A DNA stretch of 64,000 bases, taken from Emiliania huxleyi CCMP1516 (taxonomy: Eukaryota). The stretch is from positions 249,393 through 313,392 of the forward strand of contig NW_005201298.1 of assembly GCF_000372725.1 (NCBI RefSeq), read 5' to 3'. A program made the position numbers and the translations under genes. This document shows positions 37,001-50,909 of this stretch, in pieces. How positions within the stretch are numbered: position 1 is the first letter of the stretch; each line of letters opens with the position of its first letter. Under the pieces are notes generated by a model. The model was given only the letters and a program-made list of their open reading frames with translations. It was not told the origin of the DNA and did no database searches.

Positions 37001-40000
37001 GGAGGAGGACAAGGGCGAGGAGGGCGAGGCGGGCGGCGAGGAGGGCGACGAGGGCGACGAGGGCGGCGAGGAGATCCAGGCGACCGACGAGATCGACGGG
37101 CGGCTCTGGACGGGCGCTGCCGCGGAGGGGTGGGTGGTGCGCGCCAAGGGCAAGACGGGCCAGAAGTGGGGCAACTGGATCTACGTCGGCCCCTCCGGCA
37201 CAAAGTACCACTCCAAGGTTGCCGCCTTCGAGGCGCGAGACGCGGAGGCGCACCGCGCGGCCGACACGGACTCCGTCGCCCTCTCGCGCCTCAAGAGCGA
37301 GGCGGGGCCGCCAGAGGCGCTCGTCGGCGCGCGCGTGTCCGTGTTGTGGTCGGAGGAGGGCGGGGCGGGGGCGTGGTACCCGGGGCAGCTGTGGGCCTTC
37401 GACGCGGCGACGCGCGAGTACCACATCCTCTACGACGACAACTCGGAGGAGCGGCTCGACCTCACAAAGGTCAAGCACCGGCTCGTCTACCAGCTGCAGC
37501 CGCCGCACCTGCTGCGCTCGCGCAACCCGCCCGCGCCGGAGGTGGGGCCGACGTCACCGCCTACTCGTGGCCGCCTACTAGTGATTACTAATTATGAATA
37601 TGAATTACAGGTGAGCGACGTCACCGCCTACTCGTGGCCGCCGCTGCTCGCCGCGGTCGCGTTGCGCCTCCTCCGCCACTGGGACCCGGCGTGCGTCATC
37701 GACGACACGCCCCCCGACCCACACGCCCCACCCGGCCAACCTCACGGCGACAGCGCGGGCGGCGCTGCGCCGTCCGCCTCTTCGCCCGCCGAGCTTGCGC
37801 CGCGCCTGCAGCCAGCGCAGCCCTCGGCTGGCGGCGCCTCCGCACGCAAGAGCGACCCCATGGAGGCAGCTCGGCTCGCGCAGTGCCGCGACACGTCCGG
37901 GACACGTCCGGGACATGTCCGGGACATGTCCGAACAGGTGGAGGCCGCGGCCCCGGCCTCGACCTCGCCGGCCTGCGGCGGCGGCGCGGCTGTCGCCAGC
38001 CCCGGCGGCGGCGGCGGCTTGGCCGTGTCCGTGCAGGCCGCAGGTCGGGCGAGCGCAGAGGGAGGAGGCTGCCCCGACCCCGCCCCCTCGCCGCGCGCGC
38101 GCGTCAAGCGGCAAGGCTCGAGAGTAGCCGAGAGGAGCCGAGAGGAGCCGAGAGTGGCCGAGGTGAGCCGAGGTGAGCCGAGGTGAGGCCGAGGTGAGGC
38201 CGAGAGGAGCCGAGAGGAGCCGAGAGTGGCCGAGAGTGGCCGAGAGTGACCGCCCTCCAAAGCCAACAACGCGTTCCTGCGGCTCTTCCGCCCCTCTAGG
38301 CTCGCTCGGCGGCCTGCCGCCCCGCTCCCACCTCTACTGCATCTCCTCTCCACCTCGGCTCCACCTCCGCCCCTCCAGGTTCGCTCGACGGCCTGCTGCC
38401 AACCTCGCCCCCCTCGAAGCCGCTCTCGTCCGGCGGTGACGCCTCCGCCCTCGCGCTGCCCTCGGCCTGCGGCGGAGCGAGCCAGCTGGAGCCCGCCATC
38501 CGCGCGCTGCTGGGCCAGTCGCCGTCGCTCGCCCACGAGGTCTACAGCCGGCTGCCGCCGCTGCAGAAGCTGGGCTTGCTGCGCGTGCTCGTCGACGGCG
38601 CGTGCGACTCGCCGCACACCGCCAAGGCGGTGGACGAGGCGATGGCGAGGCGGAGGGGGGTGCTGGAGCGTGAGGAGGAGGCGGAGAAGGAGAAGAGGCG
38701 CGAGACGCGCACGCTGCGCGACGAGGCGCGGCACGCGCTGCGCGAGCAGCTAGCAGAGCAGCGCGAGGCGGCGGGCGAGGAGGGGGAGCAGCTCTTGCCG
38801 GCCGAGGTGAGTGAGGTTGCGGTTAGCCTCGAGGTGCAGAAGCGGCAGGAGGCGCTAGCGTGCGGCGGGCAGGTGGAGGCCCTCTCGCGCGAGGCGCTTC
38901 CTTCACGACTCCCTCCCCATCTCTCATTCCTCCATGGCAGGTGGAGGTGCTGTCGCGCGAGGCGCTGCAGCAGGCGGAGTCCGACCTCTCGCCATCGAGC
39001 TCGAGTTGTTAATTAATCAGTTAGGTAATCATAATTAATTAATAGGCGGAGTCCGACCTCGCTGTCGAGCTCGAGCTGCTAATTAATCAGTTAGGTAATC
39101 ATTTAATTAATTAATAGGCGGAGTCCGACCTCGCTGTCGAGCTCGAGTTGTTAATTAATTAGTTAGGTAATCATAATTAATTAATAGGCGGAGTCCGACC
39201 TCGCTGTCGAGCTCGAGTTGTTAATTAATTAGTTAGGTAATCATTTAATTAATTATTAGGCGGAGTCCGACCTCGCTGTCGAGCTCGAGCTGCTAATTAA
39301 TCAGTTAGGTAATCATTTAATTAATTAATAGGCGGAGTCCGACCTCGCTGTCGAGCTCGAGTTGTTAATTAATTAGTTAGGTAATCATTATTAATTATTA
39401 GGCGGAGTCCGACCTCGCTGTCGAGCTCGAGCTGCAGGCCGCGAACGGGATCGACTCCGACGGACGCGACTTCTCGGCCGCCGATCGGGAGTGGCACCGT
39501 CAAAGAGTCACGGCTCAATGCGCGACTCTCGCTCTCCATGAGTTAGGCCGCCGACTTGGAGGGCATCGTTGCGCGGCGCGACCTGATCAAGCACCGGCGG
39601 GACACCTTTGGCCCAGCGCGCGACGCGGCGCAGTAGAGGGCTTGCGAGGGCCGCGCAGTCTCGCGCAATCTCGCCCACTCTCGCCTCGCTTGTGGCGTGT
39701 AGGCGCAGGAGGGTCTGCGGGCCGCAGCCTCGTCCGGGGACGCCGCGGTGATGGAGGCGCGAGATGTGGGGAGATATGGGGAGATATGGGGAGATATGAG
39801 GACGCCGCGGTGATGGAGGCGCGAGATGTGGGGAGATATGGGGAGATATGGGGAGATATGAGGACGCCGCGGTGATGGAGGCGCGAGATGTGGGGAGGTA
39901 GCGGGAGATATGGGGAGATATGGGGAGATATGAGGACACCGCGGTGATGGAGGCGCGAGATAGGGGGAGATAGGGGGAGAGATAGGGGGAGATCGCGGTG

Positions 40001-40983
40001 ATGGAGGCGCGCGCCGCGCAGGGCCGGATTCGGTGAGAGGATGCCGAGTCACCGCCCTCGCTCTGCGGTTCCCTTAGGCTGCGCTCGAGGCGGCGCGTGC
40101 GGCCGCCCTCGAGGGGGATTGCGACGAGGACGGGATCGGGCCGGGCGGGCGGTGGGTGGCGGCGGAGACGCGGGACGTGTACACCGCGCTGCACGAGATG
40201 CACAAGTACCGCGACGAGAGGGTCGCCGAGGGGAGGCGCCAGCTCGAGCTCTCACAGACCATCGTCCGCACCGCGCCGCTCGGGCGAGACCGGTATGGCC
40301 GGCGGCACTGGCTCGTACAGCCGCTTGAGGCGCGGGACAATCGCCCCCGACGCACCTCGGCCGCACCTCGGCTGCACCTCGGCTGCATCTCGGCCGCACC
40401 TCGGCTGCACCTCGGCTGCATCTCGGCCGCACCTCGGCTGCACCTCGGCTGCACCTCGGCTGCACCTCGGCTGCACCTCGGCCGCACCTCGGCTGCACCT
40501 CGGCTGCACCTCGGCTGCACCTCGGCTGCACCTCGGCTGTACCTCGGCTGCACCTCGGCCGCACCTCGGCTGCACCTCGGCTGCACCTCGGCCGCACCTC
40601 GGCTGCACCTCGGCTGCACCTCGGCCGCACCTCGGCTGCACCTCGGACGCACCTCGGCCGCACCTCGGCTGCACCTCGGCCGCACCTCGGCTGCACGTCG
40701 GGGCTAGGAACCGCGGGACCAGCCGCACGTCTGGTGCGAGCCGCGCTCGAGCGAGCTCGTCGGCGGCATCGTCGAGCCGCCGCGCGAGGCGAGCAGGGCA
40801 GCAGACGGCGGCGAGTCGCGGCCGTGCGGCAAGAGGGACTGGCAACACTTTGTGGGGGAGTCCGCCTGTGCCGCGCTCGCCGCGTCGCTCGACGAGCGCG
40901 GCGAGCGGGAGAGCCACTTGCGCGCCTCCCTCGAGCGCACCCTCCGCTCGCGCCAGCTACAGCGCCTGGCGGCCTCCGGCTGA
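34020..40983 (+). CDS. Bromodomain-MBD-DDT-Tudor-WHIM chromatin protein (BAZ/ACF-like), many exons
   Basis: Bromo [75 protein letters not shown]; Tudor-like [25 protein letters not shown] motifs [34 protein letters not shown]. Confidence 0.85.
36533..36968 (+). repeat. Intronic tandem array of ~60-75 bp units (exon-start copy, AT-rich filler, TTACAG)
   Basis: GCTGC(T/C)CC.TCGGAGCTA.TT.ATAGCTCATT...GATTACAG repeated about 5 times. Confidence 0.9.
38974..39401 (+). repeat. Intronic tandem array of six 70-72 bp units
   Basis: Units start at 38974, 39046, 39118, 39188, 39260 and 39332 with GCGGAGTCCGACCTC..; each ends in TAG; coding resumes at 39402. Confidence 0.95.
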
Positions 40984-41000
40984 GAGTGGGGGGGGGGGGG

Positions 41001-41075
<75 letters not shown>

Positions 41076-42611
41076 GGGGAAGGTCCTGCTGGGCCCCGGG
41101 GGGCATCCATGCCGCCATGCTTCACTGATCACTGATCAGCCGTGATTGACGACCGCGCTGGCGGCCGCGCCGTCGCGAGCATGGAGAGAACAACCTTTGG
41201 AGTTTGGAGAGACCGGCGGTACGTGACGCGCGGCGTTTGAGGGAGATGTAAACGGGGGGGGGGGGGGGGCTTCCAGAAAGCGGCTTCCAATCTATCTTGT
41301 AGAATGTAGAGAGAACGAGCGCAGCCGACACAGCAGCTGCGCGCGGTAACCGCTATCGGACTCTGCCACGGTGTGGGCCGGCGCGGGGCCCCCCGGAGGC
41401 ACCGTGCGCCGCGCCGCAGTGCGGAATCCGGAAACGGGGCCCCGGCGCTCAGAGTCGCTCAGAGCACCGACTTCCCGAATGATTACGGTTGATTAGAGGG
41501 CAGATTTGGAGAGATCTCGAGGAGTACATACAGATAGACCCTCCAACCATCAGAAACCTCCAACCTGATCGGTCGTACTGACCGCGACAGATCACTGCAG
41601 ACAGCAAACAGGCCGACGTCTGCACGCGGCCGGCCGGGCGAGAGGCTTGACACGATCCGACTCTGCGACCCTGACGCTGCTACTCTAGCTATCAGACGTG
41701 CACTGCTGACTGCTGCCACCATGTGCGACCGGTGCTGGCCCACTTGGTGGCCTTCCCGGTCAGTGGTGAGGCGCAGTTCAGAGCTGTCGATGGCGCGATG
41801 CCGCACTGGTCCCACATTGGTGACACGATACCACCAAGTTTGCCGGTCCAAGAGAGAGGCACCGGCGCTGTCCTGAGAAGGTGCGTGGTCCCTCTTGACT
41901 GCCCATGCGCGCGAGGCTGTGTAGGCATAGCCTCGAGAGTGCCAGCAGCCAATCCGAGGCAGTTTGTGACGCGCATTGCGATTTGCGTCAGAAGCGTGCA
42001 CGCGCTGGAAGGACACCTTCCTACTGGCCGCAGGATCAGGTCGTCACTGAATGCTTGATACTAAGGCCGCGAGCTATGCAGGTGATCAATTGTGCATCAT
42101 GGCACGGTCAGCAGCGCCGACTAGCATGAAAACAAGTGGCCGCAAGAACGCCGAATTCCGTAGAATTTAAACAAAACAACTCTCTCTCACAGCAGACAGG
42201 CTCGACACAGGTGCGAACTGGCGCGTGCTAGTACTATCACCGGCACACCACCGGAGCCGCCTAAGCGATTCCGTAGAAAACAAGTAAAAAATCGAGAAAA
42301 AAGAAAAAATGAAAAAAGCGGCGCCTGCGGCGGGCCATGGAGCCCCATCTCCCCCCCGCAAGGGGCGTGCGCGAGACAGGGCTCGGGGCCCTTTTCTGTG
42401 AGCAGGGATTCCCTCCCGGCGGGGGTTGTGGCGGGCGGAGAGCCGGCATGGGAATCGCCGGCCCCCACCCAGGGGGTGCCCCTGCCAGGCGCCGCAAGCG
42501 GTGCCCGGCAGGTGCCCGGCAGGAGCGGGTGCCCCCACCCCTAGCAAAGCAAGAAATCGCGCGTTTACGCACCCGGCAAAAAGTCGGGCCTGGGCAAAAG
42601 CAGGTGCCCGG

Positions 42612-42841
42612 GAGGGAGCAGGACGTTGCGGAGATCAGCAGGAGGATGTACGAAGAGATTAGGAGCAGCAGGGACCCGAGGGACCATGTGGAAGACGGCT
42701 AGTGCTAGTCCCCCATCGGGAGGACGACCCCGGCTAGCCGCCGACCACACCCACAAAGAACCCTGCACAAAGACCGCAGGGCGGGGACCTGTTCCTTTTT
42801 ACCCATCTCCTAGTAGAGGTGTCCGTTTTATTTATTTATTT
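42612..42841 (+). mobile_element. 5'-truncated non-LTR retroelement tail (family B) with probable 10 bp TSD
   Basis: ORF end ..DPRDHVEDG*, 3' UTR and (TTTA)n tail, flanked by AGGTGCCCGG at 42602-42611 and 42842-42851. That motif is also locally repeated, which weakens the TSD call. Confidence 0.65.
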
Positions 42842-42984
42842 AGGTGCCCGGCAAAAGCAGGTGCCCGGCAACTCCATGGCCCATAGAGCAGCCCCTCTTC
42901 GACTCCGACGACGATGTGCTCAACCGGCACATCGTGCGCATGGGCGGCGGCTCCGTCTTCATCAAGCTGTGCAAGGGGAGCAAG

Positions 42985-43092
42985 CGCTGGAGGATGGCGA
43001 CGAGGCGGCCGGCGACGAGGACGGCGATGCGGTCAGAGAGGAAGGAGGCCTCCTCCATGAGGTGGGTGGTGAGGATCATGCCTCGGCCGGAG
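42985..43092 (-). pseudogene. Orphan exon of an ABCA-type transporter nucleotide-binding domain
   Basis: CAG|VIHEMRSGRGMILTTHLMEEASFLSDRIAVLVAGRL contains the H-loop. No other ABC exons in the window. Confidence 0.7.
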
Positions 43093-43468
43093 CGCATCTC
43101 GTGGATCACCTGTTTGGGGGGGGGGGGGGTTGGTGGAGGCGGCGGAGGAGGTGGTGGTGGTGGAGAGAGAGGAAGGGAAGGGGTGGATGGGTCATTGAAA
43201 AGAGAATAAGAGGAGGAAGCAGAGCGCGCGGATTCACCAGAGCCGCAGACGACGCGAGATGCATCTTGGACACTTGGAGCACTTGCCTGTATGCCTGAAT
43301 GGAGCACTTGGAGTGCGGTCATCAACCACAGGTAGGTAGGTAGAAAGGTGAAGAACAGTCAGGCTCGGACTGGACATCAGCGCGCTATCTTGTTCCCGCG
43401 AATTCTTTTTCAAACACTGGCGCCACTTAACCACCTCGCACCTGCCGCTAAGCGCTCCCCATCCCCCG

Positions 43469-44045
43469 ATGGCTGATGGAATCACCAGTGTGATGACGTA
43501 CTCGTCCAAGAGGGATGATTACGTGGAGGTCTTCAGCTTCGACCGCGCTAAGGACCCGCGCCTCGCATCTCTGCCGGCAACGGTGCGTTTTGAGAAGGAG
43601 GCCTACACGAAGCATGTGCATGCTCCCGCCCTCGGGGGACAGGCTGAGATCGAGTTCGAGCAGCGTTGCGACTGCAAGTCCGCCGAGAAGTTCGTGGAGC
43701 ATATGAAGGGGAGCCAGAGATGCCTTATCGGCGCCGAGGTCACGATTTGGAAGATTGTGCCTCGTGGGGGTGGGCGGTACGCGGTCACGCTGCGGCTCCC
43801 GGCTCCGCCGCCGCAGCCGGAGGCGGTCCCACCGCCGCAGGCGACCCCGCAGCCGCAGGCGACCCCGCAGCCGCAGGCAGCTGCACAGCCGCAGGCGACC
43901 CCGCAGCCGCAGGCGATCCCGCAGCCGCTGCCGCAGCAGCAGCACGCCGCCGGCAGCTCCGCCGAGCACGCTGGCAAGAGGCCGCTGGACGCCGCGTCGA
44001 GCGGGCCGCCGCCCCTGCCCCCGGCTCATCGGGCGCATCTGCAGA

Positions 44046-44093
<48 letters not shown>

Positions 44094-47000
44094 AGCCGCC
44101 GCCGCCGCCGCCGCCGCCGCAGCAGCCGCAGCAGCAGCAGCAGCAGCAGCAGCAGGCCAGCAGCAGCCTGCCGCCGCCGCAGCAGCCGCGGCCTCCGCCG
44201 CCACAGCAGCAGCCGCCTCTGCAGCAGCTTCAGCCCCTAGAGCCGCCGCCGCCGCAGCAGCAGTCCCGGCCGCGGGTGAGTGAGCTCGAGGCCGCGCAGC
44301 GGCTGCAGCAGTGGCCGAGGGGAGGGGTCGCGCTGCGGCCGGACGGGGGAGGGACGCTTGGCAAGCCCGTCCGGCTCTTCTCCAACTTCTCGCCCGTCCG
44401 CGTGAGGGAAGGCGGCGTGGAGGTGCACCAGTACTCGCTGGCGTACCTCAAGGGCGAGGGAGAGGAGCTCGAGCTCCGGACAACGCAGCGGCGGCGCGAC
44501 GTGCTCCTCGAGTTCAAGGACAACATCGACGTCGCTTTTGGCGTCCGCGAGGGGGCAGCGTGGGTGTGGGACGGGGACAAGATCTTCATCTCGACGCGGC
44601 GGATCGACAGCCTCTCGATGGAGCGGCCCGGCCTCAAGCTGACGTGGCAGTACGCGAGGTCGCTCCGGCTCGAGGGCGACCACCGGGAGGTGTACCAGGC
44701 GCCGTCGCTGCTCTGTCCCAACCCCTCTGCGCGCTATTGCAATAGAACCCCCCCCCCCCCCCCCCCGACTGGACAGGTGTACGACCTCGTGCTGCGGCAT
44801 GAGCAGTCGATGATGTTCAAGGCGGTCGGCAAGGCCATCTTCAACCCGGACCGGCAGACCTGGCGAGACAGGTTCCAGAACCTGAACAAGACGCTGTGGC
44901 TCGGCCACCGGCAGAGCGTTGTCCGCGGCGAGGGCGGCACGCCTATGCTGCTCGTCGACAAGGCGGTCACTTGCGTGCTGCGGCCGGTTAAACTCATCGA
45001 GTTTCTCTGCGTCGAGCTCGGGCTGCGGCAGCACCGCAAGCTGAGCACGCAAGAGCTGGCCGCCGAGCTGCGCAAGCCAAAGGTGCTCGCCGACGTCCGC
45101 AAGCAGCTCAACAAGCGCAAGGCGAGCCCCCTCCGCCTCCGCGCCCCCACCCCTCCTCCCTCCGCCTCTGTCTCCACCCCCGCTCCACCATCTACCCACC
45201 GCGCCGCCTCATTCGCAGGTGACGCACCGCCACCCGCAGTACGCGGAGTGGAGCCAGCGCTGGGAGGAGCACAAGCGCAAGGGCAAGAGCGGCATCGGTC
45301 CGAGCCGCCCCCTCACCGACGTGAGCGACAAGCTGCCGCGCGAGCACTTCTTCGAGACACCCCAGGAGCTGCGGCAGCAGCACCCCGCGGCTGAGATCTC
45401 GGTGCAGGACTTCTTTCGGCTGCGGTACGGCATCGAGCTGAAGCACCCCGAGCTGGTTCTGGTCGGGTTTGGGAAAGGCGGCCGTAACCTCGTCCCGATG
45501 GAGCTGTGCGACTTCGTCGGGGGCGAGGCGGCGCGGCTGGCCACGGCGGATGAGCGCTCCAAGCTGGTCAAGGAGACCTCGCAGCCTCCGGCGCAGCGAC
45601 TCGAAGAGATTCGGACATTGCAGAGAGACGTCGGCCGCGACGCCACTTGCCGCGCGTTCGGGCTCGAGGTCGGACCGCTGCTGGACAACGTGCCCGGCCG
45701 CGTCCTTCCGGTGATGAGCCTCGGGTACGGGCCCGAGAACAACCCGCGTGTCGCGATTCCAGAGGCGGGCGGCAAGTTCCGCGGCAACTGGCGCACCCCG
45801 CCCGGCGCCACGTACATCCGACCTGGAAACGTGCAGCGGTGCGTGGTGGGCCTTTTCCCGCCATCCGGCAAGGATCACCAGCACTTCCTCGACGTGGGCG
45901 GGCTGCAGCGTGGGCTCAGCGGGCTGATTGCGGATGCGGGGAAGCTGGGCCTGAATCTCGACTTTGGGCCCCTCGTCCGCCTCGAGGGGAGGGAGGTCCG
46001 GCTTCAGGACCCCTCGCTGCTGATGTGCCTCCGGGACACGTCCAGCGCCGAGGAGGTGGAGCAGGAGCTGGCGCGCGCCTTTGGCGAGCTGGGGGACAAT
46101 GTCTTGCTGCTGGCGATTATCCCTGACCAGAACAATAACGCGCGCCCCTTCTTGTCCGCGGCGCCCCAACGCACGAGACTCCCACCGTCCCTCCCTTTTG
46201 TCTCACGTAGGCGTGGCAGCACCCCATCCGGGCGACCAACAAGGCGCTCTGCTCGCGCATCGGCATCGCGGTGCAACACTGCAAGGTGAACAAGTTCAAG
46301 TCGCCTCCGCCGGTTTAAGCGCTCCGCTCCTCGCCGCTTCTCTTGCGCTCTCTTAGACCCGACTTCCGGCTACAGGGCTACTGGAGCAACCTGCTGGACA
46401 AGCTCAACCTCAAGGCGCTCGGCACAAACTACTACCCGCTGTGCGAGGTGCCCGGCGGCGGCTTGCAGCCCGGCTTGCAGCTGCTGCGGGAGTGCCCGAC
46501 GTTGCTGCTCGGCTGCGATGTCCACCACGCCGCGCCCGGCTCGAGCAGGCCCTCCTACGGCGCGCTGGTCGGCACGGTGGACAAATTCTTCTCTTCCCAC
46601 TACACCGAGGTGCGGGCAATGACTGGCCGGCAGGAGTGCATCCCGGTAGACGACATGCAGAGCATGGTGCGCGAGCAGCTGAAGGCCTTCTACCGGTACA
46701 ACGGCATACCTCCCCAGCGCATCATCTGCTATCGCGACGGCGTGGCGCACAACCAGTTCGAGGAGGTGCACGAGGTCGAGATACACGCGATTGAGCGGGC
46801 GTGCCACGCGATTGAGCAGGGGTACCAGCCTCAGATCGTCTTCATCGTGGAGCAGAAGGGCGGCGGCGCGCGCTTCTTTGCGAACGAGAATGGGCGCGTG
46901 CCCGGCCAGCAGATGGGCAACCAGCCTCCTCTCACGGTGGTCGACACTGTGGTGGTGGACGAGTCGACCTTCAGCTTCCACTTGACCCCTCACCACGGCA

Positions 47001-47281
47001 TGAAGGGGACGTCTCGCGGCAACCTGTACTCTGTGCTGCGCAACGACCCCAACCTCTCCTCCGACGACCTGCAGCGCTTCACGAGCCAGCTCTGCCACCT
47101 CTTCCAGCGCTGCAAGAAGATCGTCTCCAAGGTTGCCCCAAACTACAACGCTCACCTCGCTGCGGAGATGTGGGGGCTCAAGGAGGAGCGCGAAAGCTTC
47201 TCCGACACGGCCTCGGTCAGCAGCGACGCCGCCGCATGCGACGTGCACGAGCGCCTGAAGACGCGTCTCTTCTACACATGA
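43469..47281 (+). CDS. AGO: Argonaute (PAZ, MID, PIWI) with extra N-terminal domain and P/Q linker; introns include 44699-44776 and 45122-45218
   Basis: GTLGKPVRLFSNF, SVQDFFRLRYGIELKHP..VPMELC, KLNLK, LGCDVHH, RQECI, PQRIICYRDGV, HHGMKGTSR, LCHLFQRC, YNAHLAA. Confidence 0.95.
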
Positions 47282-47643
47282 ACGCATGGGCCGGGCGCGT
47301 TTGTTTTGATCTCTCGAGATACGTTACCGGTTCTCTCGTAGAGGGGGGGAGTTTGGTCGAAGAACCGAGGACACGCACCGAAGTGCGAAGAAGTCACCGA
47401 AGGCGGGGCCAGGGCGGGGCGGCCGGGGGCGGGCGGCGGGGCCCGCTCCACCGGGGGCGGACACGCACACGACCGGTTTACCATACTCTCTCGACCCACG
47501 AGACCCTCCGCCCTCCGGCGGTCTCGTCTTGAACTCTTGATTACGATTACGAAACCTCGAGAGGCACGAGACGACACACACCAGTCGACTCGCACATACA
47601 CACTCACATACAAACTGGCCCGCTCACAACCCACATCTCCCGC

Positions 47644-49805
<2,162 letters not shown>

Positions 49806-49918
49806 GAAAAGGTTTATGCATAAAAAAAACCAGCAGAGAAACTATTGTTTTTATTCCCGCTGAAAATCGCTTCGAAAAAGAATATACAATCGGAAGAATA
49901 ACGTATAAAGGCCAACCC

Positions 49919-50760
49919 ACGACAAAATAGCGCCCGTGATTGCCTGCACGCTACCCGCACTCACGGAATCCATACCCGAAAGAAAGAGAGGGGAGCTCGC
50001 GGGCGGGAGAGGTGACGAGTGAACTACAGGTAGTGGGGAAGGCAGCCTCGATTGCCATACAGACATGGGTGCGGAACAACGACAAGACCAAGGCACGGGC
50101 AGAGGAACGAGAGAAGAATATAGGGTGGATAAAGCGCCTGTTCACGGCATGGAGGGTGAGCCACACCGAACGTACCGAACGTAGAGCTGAGCGGAAGGCA
50201 GCGGGGGAAGACGACTCCGAGGAGGACGAACCAGTGGAAATTCAGTTGTCAGATGTCACGATGCATCCGAAGGGGACCCCAGCGCCGGCATCATCCGTAG
50301 AGGCACGAGTGTTCGAAGAGAGAGTGGACCTGAGCAACAACATGACCTGCAGGCAAATGCTCGGAGTGGGAGTCAGAAATGTGGTCCTTGCGCGAGGGGA
50401 GCTCGATAGACTCGAGGGGCCAGGATACGCCGCGAGGAGGACGGAGTTGCGCCGAAAGGCGAAAGAAGCCGCGAGAACAAGGGACCGGCAGGCGGCGGCG
50501 TCGCAGGACGAGACAGAAGAGAACGACGCGACAGAGGAGGAAATGACAAGGGAGAGAACGACGAGAGTGGGACGACCGCGAGGTGGCATGAAGGTTGCAG
50601 CGAGAAGCGGCGAGAGACTGCGAAGAGAGATAGGAAGAGGCGGACGCCCAAGGGTGGGCGACGGCTAGCGCATCACACACCTCTCCTTAAAATCCCTGTG
50701 TGGTGGCGGCGTGCCGTCCTCCCATCCCTCCCTTGGGTTGTCTGTTTTCTTTCTTTCTTT
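49919..50760 (+). mobile_element. 5'-truncated non-LTR retrotransposon (family A, ~840 bp) with 11 bp TSD
   Basis: Purine-rich ORF ending RVGDG* at 50668, shared 3' UTR and (TTTC)n tail; AAGGCCAACCC at 49908-49918 and 50761-50771. Confidence 0.85.
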
Positions 50761-50909
50761 AAGGCCAACCCGTGCAGTCGAAGACGAAGAGAAGTAAAGA
50801 GAAAAAGAAAAGTTAAAAAAACAGGAAAAGTAAATGGGAGCGGAACAAAAATAGAAAAAAAAAATCCCGCTGTGCACGGCGTGCCAACCTCCTGCACCCC
50901 CCCCAGTCT

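Noticed and set aside
38974..39430. CRISPR-like look (30 bp repeat plus ~40 bp spacer)
   Set aside because: The spacers are near-identical, the repeat is a copy of the adjacent exon, there are no cas genes and the context is a eukaryotic intron.
40049..41128. Long repetitive ORFs ([11 protein letters not shown] / [10 protein letters not shown]), and similar ones at 15268-15914, 35003-35783 and 61588-62605
   Set aside because: They are translations of intronic 11-23 bp satellites, open in several frames because of GC richness.
46370..47287. Long antisense ORFs opposite Argonaute and other genes
   Set aside because: These are shadow ORFs caused by high GC3 and have no recognisable motifs.
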